From the human T2T-CHM13v2.0 reference genome, Homo sapiens, in assembly GCF_009914755.1 (NCBI RefSeq), contig NC_060926.1: DNA of 64,000 nucleotides, one strand, 5' to 3'. Made by a program: the position numbers and the translations under genes. Every line of letters begins with the position of its first letter. Within the stretch, counting starts at the first letter, position 1. Below the pieces are notes generated by a model. It was not told where the DNA came from, searched no databases, and saw nothing but the letters and a program-made list of their open reading frames with translations. Below are positions 27,920-42,150 of the stretch, one piece after another.

Positions 27920-29680
27920 TATGGAGTGAAAGTTCACAGACAGTGAAATGCAAATTTATACAATGTGTTAGATTTGAACCAATGCATAGACTCAAGTAAT
28001 CAATACCCAATCAAGATGTAGAATATGCCTTCATTCCCCAAAATTCTTGTGTGTTCTCTTCTAGTCAATCCTTAACCCCCCGTCCTAGAGGCAACTACTG
28101 TTTTGATTTATATCACCATAGTTTAGTTTTGCCTAATCTTGAGCTTTATGTAATTAGAGATATGCAATGCGCATTCTTTTGTTTCTGGCATTTTTTGCTC
28201 AACATGTTTTTGGAAATCATGCATTTTTTATATCAATAGTTTATTTTTCTTTATTATTGATTGGTGTACCATTGTCTGGCTACACCACAACTTAATTTAT
28301 CTATTAACCTGCTGATGATAGACTTTTAGGTTGTTTCCAGATTTAGGCTATTATAAATGAAAACCACTATAAATATTTCATATAAATCATTTGTGGACAT
28401 ATATTTTCATTTTTCTTAGATACAGACCTAGAAGAGAAATTGCTGGGCCATATAGATGTATATTTACCTTTATAATGAAACAGTATACAGTATTTCAAAT
28501 GTTTATGTCATTTTTTAATCTCACTGGCAATACATGAGTCTCCGTTGCTCCACATCTTCACCAACATTTGGTGTTCTCAGTCTTTTCAATTTTACCTATT
28601 CTAGTGGGTGCTAATAGCATCTTAACTTTAAATTATACTTCCAGTTTCATATGCTTATTGCCCATTGTGTATCTTTCCTTGGTGGAGTGTCTACATAAGC
28701 CTCTTACATCTGTTTTTATTTGGGTTGTCTTTTCATTACTGATTGTAGACACACACATATATGTATATACAGAGAGATATGGACATATTTAATATATATG
28801 TACATACCTGTAGAAAACAATTTCTTTGTCAAATAAATGTATTAAATATTATCTGTCAGTCTGTATCAGTTTTTATTTTCTTAATGGAAACTGTGTATAT
28901 ACATATATACAGTTTTTATTTTCTTAATGGAATGCTTTGCAGTGTATCAGTTTTTAATTTTGATGATGTCATATTCATTATTTTTTATTCTTATAGTTAG
29001 TGCCTTTTGTATTCTTTCTTTGTAATATTTACTTGCTCACAGTTACAAAGATATTTTTGTTTATATCTCAAAAATTTATAATTTTAGCTTTTATATTTAA
29101 GTATGTAATCTAAATCAAATTAATTTTTGTACACAGTATAATGCAGGGGTCAATATTTATTTATTCTCATATATTTTTCCAGTTAATCTAGCTCATTTGT
29201 TGAAAAGACTTACTTTGGTGCTTTGTCAAAAATTAAATCATATATGTGTGGATCTATTTTTGGACTTATCCTGTCCCATTGATTATTATTTATTTATATT
29301 ATGCTGATATCAAACTGTTATCATTACTATGGCTTTACAGTAATTCTTAAAATGAGGTGCCTTGAGTCTTCAAATTGTGTTCTTTTCCATGTTTCTTTGG
29401 GTTATTCTAGATTCTTTCCATTTTTATACAAATTTTTGAATGACTTTTAGTCTGCTATAATTTTGGTAAAGATTGCAGATCAATTTGGGAAGACTGGACA
29501 TCTTTTCAATATTTCAAGTTCCAATTCATGAATATGGACTATTTCTCCTTTAACTTCTCTTAGCCATGTTTATGATTATTTTATGATATAAGTCTTGCAC
29601 ATTTTTGTCCAACTTATTCTATTGGTGCTATTTACAGGGTATTGTTAAATTTCATTTTTCAAGTTTTTTTCACAACATGT
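27920..29680 (-). mobile_element. Ancient L1M 3' portion
   Basis: Antisense L1 motifs (gttgctccacatcttcaccaacatttgg, catttgttgaaaagact, gatcaatttgggaagactggacatc). Confidence 0.8.
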
Positions 29681-29689
29681 AAAACATGG

Positions 29690-30400
29690 CACGGCAAGTG
29701 ACCAAAGTTAACCCCACCAATTATGGGGCAAACCAGCATCAAGTGCTTCTAGTGATGCTCAAAGTAGGACACATGACTTATTTATTAAACCTGATGAAAA
29801 TCTACAACTTAAATCACATCAAGAGGATTCATCAAACAAATCAAAATTGAACATTCTACAAAACAATGAACCTGTACCCTTAAAGAATATCAATGTCATG
29901 AAAGACAAGAAGAGCTGCATAAGTAATCCAGATTAAAGGAGACTAAAGAGACATGCCAACAAACTACAGTATGATACTGCTTTAATCCTGAACTGTTAAA
30001 AACAAATGATCTAAAGGACAATATGAGGAAATTGGAAAAATTTATAGAGTCTATTAGATAATAGTATTGTATCCTTGTAACATTGCCTGAATAATTAAGT
30101 TGTGGTTATATTAAAGAATTTCCTTATTATTAGAAAATAAAATATTGAAGCATTTAAAAATGAAGGGTCTGTAACTGTGCAAATAAATTCAAATGGCCCA
30201 GCAAAATAAATAAGTAGATATAAAATAGCAATGTGTATACACATAGATGACACAGACAAAATGTGCAGCACCCTAAAGCAAATGAGGCAACTTATAAACA
30301 ATAGCTGAATCTACTCGAAGGTTATAGGAGGGTTCATTGTAATATGTTTGCAACTCTTCTGTAGGTCAGAGTATTTTTTGAAATAGAAATTTTAATTAAA
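29690..30400 (+). mobile_element. Ancient L1MC/L1ME-type 3' UTR
   Basis: agtgaccaaagttaac, caatgtcatgaaagacaa, ccagattaaaggagactaaagagacatg, ttgcaactcttctgtag. Confidence 0.7.
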
Positions 30401-30879
30401 ATGATACTAGTAAATTTAGGTATATGGATCATTCCTTCCTGTAATTTAGGAAGAACCATGCTAATCTGGTTGCCACTTGAAAGACAGATTTTCTTTTGAG
30501 TTGCTAAGGATTTCTACACTCCTTGGCTTGTTATGCTTAGTTTGGAGGCAGGACAATATTTCCCTAGAATAAAGAGTTGGGGGAAAAGGCAGAGTAGTGA
30601 ACAAGAATAAATGGCTCCTAAACTAAGAGTATAATGTGCTATTCTTTTCTAATAATATTCACAAAGGCTAAACTGAAAATAATTCCGAATGAAAGCCTAT
30701 TTGCTGTTTTTTGGATTTTGTTTATTTTGTTTTGGTTTTTGTATCATCTTAGTTCATCAAAAGGAAAAATACAATATTTTTCAGCTGCAAATATAAGCAC
30801 CCACAATAATGCAATGTCCATCCCCACACATTACATAAATTCTACAGTGTGTTTGTTCGGGTATTTCTTTATTCCATAA

Positions 30880-31239
<360 letters not shown>

Positions 31240-32450
31240 TATTCCATAAACTTTCACTGAACAAATACAAAATGAAGGGTACACCATAAGTCAACAGGAA
31301 AATAGGCAATTAGGTGTGAAAGGTATAATTCCTTATACCTCCATTGACTTTGCCTGCATCTTCTTGGTACTATTTCATCACATACAATGACCTCAACATT
31401 CAAGGGTAATTTAAAAGAAAAAGTTAGTTGAATCTGCAAGGGAAGGGAAGGGAGAAGATATATAGTGGCTAACTTGTGTTTTCTTTCTTTCTTTCTTTTT
31501 CTTTCTTGGATTGTAACTCTGCAAAAGCTAAATTTGCTTACAAACTCAATTTTCACAAAGATAATTTCCCTTATGTTTGTATTAGATCTGCAAAAATACA
31601 AATATGAGTATACCAGCTATATCACTTTCCTTTAACTTTCCTCTGAGAAATAATTTCTTATTCCTTAATTTTGATTTTTTGATATCTGCACTTTTCTCTT
31701 GAAATTTGAAGACATCATTTTCTACTTAAATACATGAGAACTAATGAATTTACTTTATATTACAAATCTGAATTAATTCATTATTTTTTATTGTTTTTAT
31801 TAGAATGTTAATAACTTGCTGCTTTAATGCTAGCAGCCCCAGCTTTTTCAGGGGTGTCCCTCCTACTTAATAAACACCTTTTAGACAACAAAGGTTACAC
31901 ACAATACAAGGCTAATTTTATCACTGGATTACAAATAGACTAACACATATAACTAAGGCCTAATGGAGAGTCCAGAAAGAAAAAAATGGTTCTACACATA
32001 CCCTATCCACACCCACACTTTAACAGATTCCAAGATAAACATCCTTTACAAAGTCAAAGATACCTTGTAAGGGACTGTTGCCATTCAACAATGAATTCAA
32101 TCTTTTTACCTTTAGTCCATTGCTGTGCTCATGACTTACTATGGTTCACAAAACGGTTAAGGTTAATTCTCTTTACTAAGAACCTTCAACATGGAATTTA
32201 CAGAGGGATTGGTTGGCAGTCTTATTTGAAAGAGGTCAGAAGGTGCCATTTATTCTTTAGAGGAATTCTGACTCATTTCTCCAGATTGCAAGATACTGTC
32301 TTTGTCTACACAGTAAACATTTTAGGCATCACAAGAATGAGTGGCTACATTTTTAAACTCACTGGTTTGGAAAGCCTAAAAAATGTTCATGAAAACTCTG
32401 TACTGTAGAATGGCATACATTTTGAAAAATGTCAGATATAGTTTGTATTC

Positions 32451-32583
32451 AGAGTGTCTACATATCCAGTTTGCCTGGAACAGTCCTGGTTTTTTCCTAT
32501 CCCCTTGGTACAATTTGTAAAAACTTTCTTCTTTCACTTTAAAAAGAATCTTGCTTTGGATAATAAATCATACGATCACCTTA
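32451..32583. mobile_element. MER94-like hAT-Blackjack element
   Basis: Ends agagtgtctacatatccagtttgcctggaacagtcc and tggataataaatcatacgatcacctt. Confidence 0.6.
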
Positions 32584-33184
32584 ACTGTGGTGCTTATATT
32601 TGGACATTTACATCTACATACTTTCTTCAAAAGATAGGTTTACAATTATTTTTACATCTTTACTTTCAATACAATTTATCTTGGTTCTCACTAAATCCTG
32701 GGGAGTGGAGGGTTGGACTGAGTTTACACCTCACTGTGTGAATTGAGGAACTTTTACTTTCAGACACAGTGGTTTCTGAAACACCATACTGAAATTGTTT
32801 TAATATAGCTGAAAGACAGCTGTACACAGAGAAACTGGGAGTCCAAGTTGTCCAAACTGCTGATATTTTCAATATAGCCACACCTAAATTGAGTTTCAGT
32901 GTTCAAAATTAAAAACAAATTAAATTGTCCAGAATTTGATTGAGGCCATAATCTCCACAATAAAGCCCCTAAAATTTTACATTTTAAATTTTCAAAAACC
33001 GCTGCTAATTTCTTCTTTGACCTATGATGTAAAAATTTGTTTTACATTATTTTACTCAGCCACAGATGTGGGTGCAAACTTCATTTTGAGCACGACACTC
33101 AATAGGCATATCAACTTAATATGTATTTTAAACCCAATTCCTTATCACATTTTTAAATTATTTTATTTAGCACTTCTATTGCAT

Positions 33185-33410
33185 TTACTGGGTACCTGGA
33201 GCTGTTTTAAGTGCTTTTACAAATGTAAACACGGTCCTCACAAAGCTGAATAAGATAGGTTCTATTATAATCATATTTCCATTTCCACTGATGAAGAAAG
33301 TGAGGACAGGGCAGAAAGGTAACATATCACACAATGTGTATGTTCCAGATTTGGACCTAGGCAACATGACTCCAGTGTTCACAATATGAAACATTAGACT
33401 ATGCTCCCTC
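33185..33410 (-). mobile_element. MIR SINE
   Basis: ccatttccactgatgaagaaagtgaggacag core. Confidence 0.6.
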
Positions 33411-33934
33411 CTTATCATCCCTTTCAAACAGGTAAGGAACTACTTTCACTTTATCAAAGAAGTAACTAATAGATCAAACGGAAACTTGGTTAAGAGAATG
33501 TGTCTAATGTTTCAATTCATTCAATTATTTAAAGAAACTATTTATTGAGCAGCTACTCTGTGCAAGGAATTGTGGGAAACAGAGGTGAATTTAAATTATT
33601 TCTAAAACCCTCCAGAAGCCATGTTAATCAGATCATCCTATAGCAATGGTTTTTAAACCTTACAGTGCATGGGAAACACAGGTATTATAATGCCTGTTGC
33701 TTCTAAAGGAGAATAGGATTGAGGTGTCAAAGGCACAAGCCCGCACTCCTGTACAGCTGGAGGCAGATGTTTAATTGCATTTAAGGAAAGAAGATTACAA
33801 GCCTCCAAGATTAAAACATTTAAATGCCTAAAATCCAGAAACATTTCACACTTTGCATCAAGGGGAGACCTGACTCCACATATGTGTGTAGTGAGTGTGT
33901 CATTGTATCTACGTGAACAGGAGATGGGTGAGGT

Positions 33935-34160
33935 GGTACAGTAGAGTGCTGAGCACACAGGCTCTAAAAGAAGACAGTCTGCACTCAGATGGTAGCTGCT
34001 ATGTACTACTTTTGCAGTGTTGAGGAAGTTATTGAACTTCATCTTTTCAATTTGTAAATGAGAACAATAAAATATCTATGTCTTCGGATATGCTAAAAAT
34101 TGAAAAAAAAAAGATTTTAGAAGAGTATAGTCACATTGTAAGTGCTCAATGATACTTATT
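33935..34160 (+). mobile_element. MIR SINE
   Basis: gagcacacaggctcta...ttgaggaagttattgaacttc...tgtaaatgagaacaataa...gtaagtgctcaat. Confidence 0.65.
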
Positions 34161-37100
34161 AGTACTATTATTTAAAATGTTCAAACCACACTCTATTATT
34201 TAATTATCTCTAATTACAGAATTTCATATGTTGCCACAGAATAATTTAGCCCAATCCTTGAAATAATTAGCAAGATACTAGTGTTCATGAATGTAAAATA
34301 AAGAAACTAAAATCAACAAAAATTTAAAAATTCCAGGATCTGATTTCTGCCTTGAGTTATAGTTAAAGTGGGTGTGGTAATGAGGAGGGGTTGATTATTC
34401 CATTTCTAGAACAACAAGATTAGTGGCAAGAAGGCCCTGCCTGGTTATACTATAACATAGTCTTTATTACACTTCATAGTATAATAATGTCATTACTTTT
34501 AGAAAAAGTCTCTGGTCTTTTTTAGTCCATGTTTCTTGGAATCTTTAACAGAAGTTAGCACACATAACTTCTGCTGGAATGAAAATTCAATGCCTGAGAT
34601 TTCTTTTGTCTTTTCCAGGAATTTCACCATCCAACTAAAGTGGTTAAAAGAGCAGGCTTCATCTTCATTCTTTATATTTTAAATTTATAGATTTTTAAAT
34701 GCTGACAGTCTAACTAAAATCTCTAATTACCTTCTGGAAAAGAAAATTTAGATGTTACCAGTTATTTTTTAATTGCCATATAAGAAGTACCTATGAAAAT
34801 ACTTTATTCTTTTACACTCGAAATTAATTTTCATTTCTGTAGCAGAGCATTAGCTCTGCCAACATTTAGTTTTATTTTCTAATATTGAAGAAAAATCACG
34901 AATGATATTATAAAATCTTACTTGGTAAAGATTTAAAGGCTGTAATCGGCATTCTTGATATTTTCAAAAAGTTTAGATTAATAACAAAAAGTATTAACTC
35001 TTTGAGATGAAGTATTCTTCAGAGAAAAATTCATCATTGAAGTTATTGGGGCAGCCAGTAATTAAGACAAAATATTGTGTAACTCACACTATACACAGTG
35101 AGTATATTTAAAATAAAGAATGTTGGTGGGTATGACATTTCACTAGGACACCTTCTGCTTACTCTGGAAACATGACCTGCAAAGAAACAAGTTCTGCAAT
35201 TTTCGAATGAATAGATGCCAGCTAATAGGACAGTTGAGGTTGTGCATCATTAATGGCATTTTTGTGTAGTCCTTCATTGGGGGGCAAATTCTGAGAACAG
35301 CAATCTGGGAATCCATAAATCCTACTGAGCCTTGGTTAAGTGACATTCATTATAAAGAACACCTGGAGGGAAGACCTGACAATTGAGTCACAGCTAGAAA
35401 GATCAGATTACCAGAGCTCTGCAGGTCTTGGTTAAATAAGGCAGCCTAGGAAGAGAATAATCTTTCCCTACATTCATTTCAATACTATTATATTGGAATA
35501 AATTTAGCAGTTTATCTGATACTGTGTTATAATTCTGTTGCTTATATCTTTCCTCACGTATCATATGTAATTTTGAGCATTTGATGTCACTATAAGTGGC
35601 ATTTCATAAGTGAATTTCACTTCTGTTACATGATATCCTAGAAGATTGTTTATTTATTATGACTTTGCTAACTTTCCTGGCCATCAGTTTGCATCTCAGC
35701 AAAACTATATATATATATGTAGAGAGAGAGGGAGAGAGTATATTTTAATCTCAATGTATATATGTATATTCAAATAAAAACTACTGAAGAAAAGCTCTTT
35801 CATTAGTTATAATTTTCATTATGGTATATTTAGATAATAAATAAGAAATATTGAAATATATAAGAAATACTGAAAATAACTTAAAATCCAACTTATTCCA
35901 CATAGAAAGGAGGAAAAGTTCAAGGAGTGTTTGAACTTTTAAATAGTAAATTATTTAAATAGTAAAGACTTGGTATCAGTTTCTGAATCTGAGGTTTGGA
36001 AAAATGCCAGCAAATTACTGAAATGAAAATGTGAATGTGAAGATCAGTTTTTAAAATACTGAAGCTGGTGTGAAGTGGGGCATCCAGCGAGGATACTCAG
36101 CTATTCAAGAGATCCTCATTGCTCCCTAGGTTTCAAAATACTTAGCATGTTTTTTTAATGGGAAAATAAATTGCCTCAAATATTTTCTACATGTGTTTTT
36201 CAATAAAATTTGAATTACAAAATTCAACAAATTTCAACAAAAATTGAATTGGATCACATTTAGTGATCAGACAATAAGGTACTCTTTCTACTAGATCAAC
36301 AAAAATTAAAAAGAATGCTAAGTTTTATTGGACACATAAAATGTGCAGTTAAATATATACCTTTTTGCTGTTATAATTTGACAAGAGATTTCAAAAGTTT
36401 TAAGATAGACATACTGTTATGCAGTAATTATACTTCTAGGACTATTTAGTAAGGAAAAAAGTACAGGTGGTCAAGATGGTTGAACAGACTTTTGGTACAT
36501 TTGTACAACAGTAAAAAGTTAGAAATAGTCAAGTGCTCAATTATTATTAAGTAATAATTGTTGGTAATATTCTGTGGATATTAAAACAATTATGGTCTGT
36601 GTAAAAATTTTATGTAATCATTAAAAAAATATGCATGTTCAGCAGAAATTTCTCAGTGAGGAAAACAAGCTACAAGCTGTGATACATATAGTGCTGCCCT
36701 GGTCTTGTTAAAAACATGCATGAATGCTCACATGTGTGTATTTGTGTAGAAAAATTATAGCTGCACTACAAGCCATCATTGTAACAGTGGATATCTGTTA
36801 GTATTAAGATTATGGTTTTTTTTCTATTTTCTCTCTGTATTTTCTAATGTTTCAACAGTGAGGTTAAATCACTTTGACAGAGACAGAGAGTAGAGATATA
36901 AGTCCTTGTTGAAGTGGTGAAATCCTGTATCAGCATGTGACTGATGAAGTGTCTTCTGATATCATACAGGCCTTACAATCTCAACCCATGACCCAAGGTT
37001 TGGAAAAAAGAATTAAATGTGCTGTGGGACCAGTGTAAGTATGAAGCTGCTTCCAATGTGTAGAGAAAGATAGCAGAAAAATACATCAGCATAATTGCAA

Positions 37101-37639
37101 GGTTTTATAAGTATTTTGTCATGTGTATTTAACTGAGGAGATCCAGGGAGGGCTGGGATGGTTTGTAAACATGCTTATATTATTATGAGAACATGTAGAG
37201 ATATTTTTCCTTTTATTGAACTTGTGGATGTTCCATCAGAATCAGTCAACTGTGTTGGCATCAGGGATCTATCTGAACTCTTCTGACCATTCACCTTTTC
37301 CCTTCTAGGCTAACTAAGAAGAGTGATTTGTTATGTCTTTTTATAATGAGTTACAGGTTATTAAGTATTAGAATACATTGCTTTATAATATGTAAACCAT
37401 ATGGCAGCAAGTTAATAATTAATTTCTCAGTTAATAAACAATGTTAGAGATTGATTTTCACCATTCTCATAGCAGCAAAATGACAAACACAAGATGGTGA
37501 ATGCATGAATGAATGATATCTTTCCAGACTCTGACACCTTTCACAGATATTCATCTGTAAATGGGTGTATTGCTGGGTTCTCGTAAGTCTGTTCTTTGCT
37601 CTCCCATTTCTTCTACTTTTTAATAACTGCCTTAATAAG

Positions 37640-37960
37640 TCCCTTCAAAATGTTCAACATGGAGTGGGAAAGACAGACATAGAAACAAATTACTACAACA
37701 CAATTTCATAAGTGTTCCAATAGAGAAAAGGAAAACACATGAGAAATGTGGAGAAGGCTGCCTGAGGGACTTAGAGACCTTAGAAATGAGCTGAGATTGA
37801 AGCCATACAGAATTTGCTTAAAAGTGGAGGAGAGTTGATGAAGGGTTCAGGGAGGGGACATTAAGGCTATCTCAGGAAGAAGAAACCCAGTGGTTAAAGG
37901 GAGGAGTCCTGAGGATGACAGCCTTTAGGAGGAGCTCAGGGAAATAAGATAGTAGGCTGT
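37640..37960 (-). mobile_element. L2 fragment
   Basis: gagtgggaaagacagacatagaaacaaattactacaac...gagctgagattgaag. Confidence 0.55.
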
Positions 37961-38574
37961 GTAACAGGAAGTGAGTCTGACATTTGGCTCAAGATGTAGA
38001 AAATTGGAGGCATTTTAAATAAACCAGACGCTCTCCACACAGTATATTTATGCTTTCCCTTTAAAATACTAGTGGTGAATTTTGTTACATCACATAATCT
38101 TGCCAGGAAATAAAACTTTCTTGTGGGAAGGAGAGGGGAAAAGGACACCATGTATGTCCCTGCTACTGAATCAAAATACTCCATGAATTTTCTACCTGAC
38201 TATGTGGATAAAGACTAGACATATAGTAACTGAGGGGCCCTTAACCAAAAATGCCCCCAAAATCTAAGTCAGTCATACAATATATAGTCCAAAACTGGGA
38301 CATTTTAAGAGTAAAAGAGAATGCCATTTAAAATGATGCAGATTATAAGCATATACTAGCTATCCTCATTCTACTAAAATCTAACACTCTGCCTGATATT
38401 CATTTTGATTGATAAAGTTCTGTTAAAAATGCAAAATGCCATGCTTTATTCACTCTTTGATGTGAATTAAGTTAACCAGATTTAAACCTTGGATAATCAA
38501 TAGAATCTATGTTTAAGAACTGGAACTAGGAAATACAGAATAGAGTAGGTTGAGGTTTAAGAGGTGTATCATTT

Positions 38575-38790
38575 GGAGGCAATGTGGTAGAGTTTGCAAG
38601 TATAGATAAATGTAAATTGTAAACCACATTTCCACATTGCTCTGTGATCATTAGTACTTAACTTCTCTGAACCTCAATTTAACTTATCTGTAAAATGGGA
38701 TAACGTCTGCTCCCAAAGCTGTCATGAAAATCACTGAAAGCAATTTATATGAAGAACCAGTCACTGAGTTGGAACTCAATGTTAGACCTT
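38575..38790 (+). mobile_element. MIR SINE
   Basis: ttaacttctctgaacctcaatttaacttatctgtaaaatgggataa. Confidence 0.75.
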
Positions 38791-41457
38791 TGGGAGAAGA
38801 GCTATCCTGAGTAGAGGGCTGGTGTCCATTGCATACAACCACAAAAATTAAAATCTGAAGAGCACATCTGTTGCATGTAAACCCCTTGAATAAATGTACG
38901 GCTAAAGATCAAATGATTACTATTATTATTAAAGAAAACAGATAGTGTATATAGACTTTTTAGCAAACCCAGAAGAAATTTTAATGGATTTAGCTAAGAG
39001 GTAAACAGAAACTTCATTAAAAAATATTCACACACCATGCAACCTTGCATAGCTCTAACATTGATTTTGTCCAATTGATATAATCTTAGTATATGCAAAT
39101 ACCTTAAGATTATGTTACAACATGTGATCTTTTTTAGCACAAATGGATTTTTATTTATTACTTGTTCTTTGTTACTTGTTATAAAACCACCACTAGTTTG
39201 TATTTTAATTTTTATCATCATGCTCATCATCTTAAGTCATTGATACAGACTTCACTAAATATAAGTAAGAAGAGTGTTTTGAGGCTAAAGGACAATAATC
39301 TACATGATGGGCAACAGACATTTTAACTTGTCTTGAACTCATGCAGTTATTACATTTTTCTCAAAATCAATATTTCAAAAAATGCAAAAGAATTAATGTC
39401 CTATCAAAATTAAGAAAGAATGATACATAAAAACACTCCTAAAGATCTCAAAAAAAGAGAGAAGGAACAAAATAAAAACAGAAAAAGGAAACAATAAAAC
39501 CCACAATGGTGAAAGTCCACTTGCTGTTACACTGTATTCTGACTCATCTGGAAAGAAAGTGCAGGTAAGCAAAAGCCACGTGGCTCAGGGAACCTCACAC
39601 ATTCTGCCCGGCAGAGTCTAGTTTGAGATCATTTTACAAAATGAGCCAACTAAAGGCAGAAATGTACCCACAGTCCTCTCTCACTCCTCCCTTGAATTCC
39701 TGCCCACTGAGCACCAGCCACAGCTGTTTTTACCCATTTTCTGAGTAAAAAGTAGTGTGAGACATTCTACAAAACAGTGGGAATCATGAAAAGGACAAGT
39801 TTGCACACAAGCAGGCCTACTTTAACTTGGGAAAAGTCATAGAAGACGCCTCAGCCATGATTCAGGCTATCATGGAAAGAGCCCATTGCTTTTCTTAATT
39901 AGATATTTCATGTAAATTAAAGGAGGATGAGGCAGAGATTATGGAATATTCAGTCACAGCCATGAGAACCTGGAATTCTGTTTTCTCATAACCCATTAAC
40001 TTTCTTAATTGTTCAGTAATAAGACGTATTTCCTCACTACTATAATTAGTGCCTTATAGCTACCTGACTCTGTTGCTTCTTGGTAGTTCAGTACTATTGC
40101 TAAATGCAGACAGCACAGTAAAGAGAGAGAAAATATTCACTTGGCAATTATAATAATTAATGATTAATCAGCTAACTTTATCATTTTACATTTTCAATTG
40201 CCATTATTGTATAACTCTGAAATCAAGCTTCATTACTGATTAAGAATTTTCAAGAAAACATGGAGGGATAAATAGTTGCACTAGATATAAAATGCCAATA
40301 GAGTGTGTAACATATTCAGTTGGTTGTATAATTGTGCCAACCACAGCAATGAAATCAAGTTAGAAAAGAACAGAAGAAAACTCTGGTTTGGGCTATTAGA
40401 GATTGTTGGAGACACTGGTAAGTCATTGGTGGGGTAGCAAGTGAGTGACACTTAGGTAACAGGTTAATAATTTCTGGTGAGTAGATTCCAACTGTTCACT
40501 AAATATTTTTCTAGCTATTCATATTCATATAGTTTCAGGCTATGAAGATGATTTAATATCTTAGATTACTAAACAAAACATATAGCCATTAATAAAATTA
40601 TGGTAAAAATTGTTTTTAATATTTTAGAAGTGTTCTTAAGAAAATGAAAAAAAAACAAAGCATTACACTTTTCCTATAACACACTTTCCCCCAGATCTTG
40701 TTAACTTTATCTGTTTTTTTTTTTTTTCTAACTGCATGGTACCATTTTTCATCTTCTCTTCATTCTTTAAGTAAATACTAACAGTGCACTCACTTCGTAC
40801 TAGTTACCCTTCCATATATCCTGGACACAGAAATTAATAAGACTTGGTGTTTTCTCTGAATAAGCTAAAAATAGACTAAATTAACTACAATAATGCGTAA
40901 TAACAAGGAGCACTCTTCAGAGGCTACCCTGGAGCCTAGAACCAAGTGCTATGAGGAGACAGAAGTGCAGATAGTGGGAACATCAGGAAGGATTTCACAG
41001 AGAAGTCTTTTGATCTGTCTTTGAAAGGACGATGATGGTTTCTTTCGGGTGAGAAGCTGAGAGAAGGGCAATCCATTTAGAAAGTCTTTGAAATATTCAT
41101 TATAGGTAAAGAAAAACTTCTAAAGACTAAACAGAGCCTCAGTAGAAGAAAAATATGTTACTTCTTTAAGAAACTCTGAGCAATCAAGTATGACTGGATC
41201 ATAAGATTTGTGGGAGAAATGAAGGTGGCAATATATTCAACTAATTGATATTTATTGAACACATTATGGAAACCATGCCAGAAATAATGCTGCGTTCTTT
41301 ATTGCATGCAACACACTCAATAAGCCTAACAACATAGATTATATTCTCCAAATAGTTATCAGTAAAGAAAAGTGAGGCATGAAGAAGGTAAACTCCAACA
41401 AGTTCATCTAGTTGTTATCAGAGCTGGGAATCCAGCTGGATTTCTCTAAACATACCT

Positions 41458-41831
41458 ATAATGGTTTGAATGTAGTGTTCCTTCAACATTCATACATTCG
41501 AACTTCAACCCCAACATGAGAGTAGTAAGAAGTGTAGACTTTTGGGATGTGATTAAGTCATATGGGCTCCACTCTCCTGAATGGGATTAATGCCTTTAAG
41601 AGGCTTCAGAGAGCTGACTGCCCCTTTTAGCCTTCTGCATTCTGCCATGTGAGACCACAGCAACAAAGTGCCATCTTGAAAGCAAAGAGCCAGCCTTCAC
41701 CAGTCCCAGAACCTGCTGATGCCTTGATCTTGGGCTTCCCAGCCTCCAAAACTGTGAGAAATAAATCTCTATTTTTTATAAGTTACCCGCTCTAAGGTAT
41801 TTTGTTATCACAGTAGGAAAAGACTAAGACA
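41458..41831 (+). mobile_element. Solo MaLR LTR (MST/MLT1A-like)
   Basis: atggtttgaatgt...ccttgatcttgggcttcccagcctccaaaactgtgagaaataaa...gactaagaca. Confidence 0.88.
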
Positions 41832-41934
41832 ACACAATACTTGAAATCCCAAGTGAATTCAATTCTGAAGCCAGCCAGTATCCTGGTTTAATGACTGAAA
41901 ACAAGTTTTCAAGCTGAGGTCTGATATAGGTACA

Positions 41935-42150
41935 TCGAGTAGCAGTAAGACAAAGTTGTTAAGGGCTCAGACTCCACTGTGTATGAGCTATGTGCAATTT
42001 GGCAAATTATTCAGTCTCTCTGGGCTTCAGTGTTATTTCCACAAAACGGAGATAATAAGAATATATATTTTATGAGATGGTTGTACCCACTATTTAATAT
42101 ATAAAATTTACTTTCAGTGATTCTTGGCGCTAATAAGCCATCAGCATAGG
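41935..42150 (+). mobile_element. MIR SINE
   Basis: ttggcaaattattcagtctctctgggcttcagtgtt...aaaacggagataataa. Confidence 0.65.
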
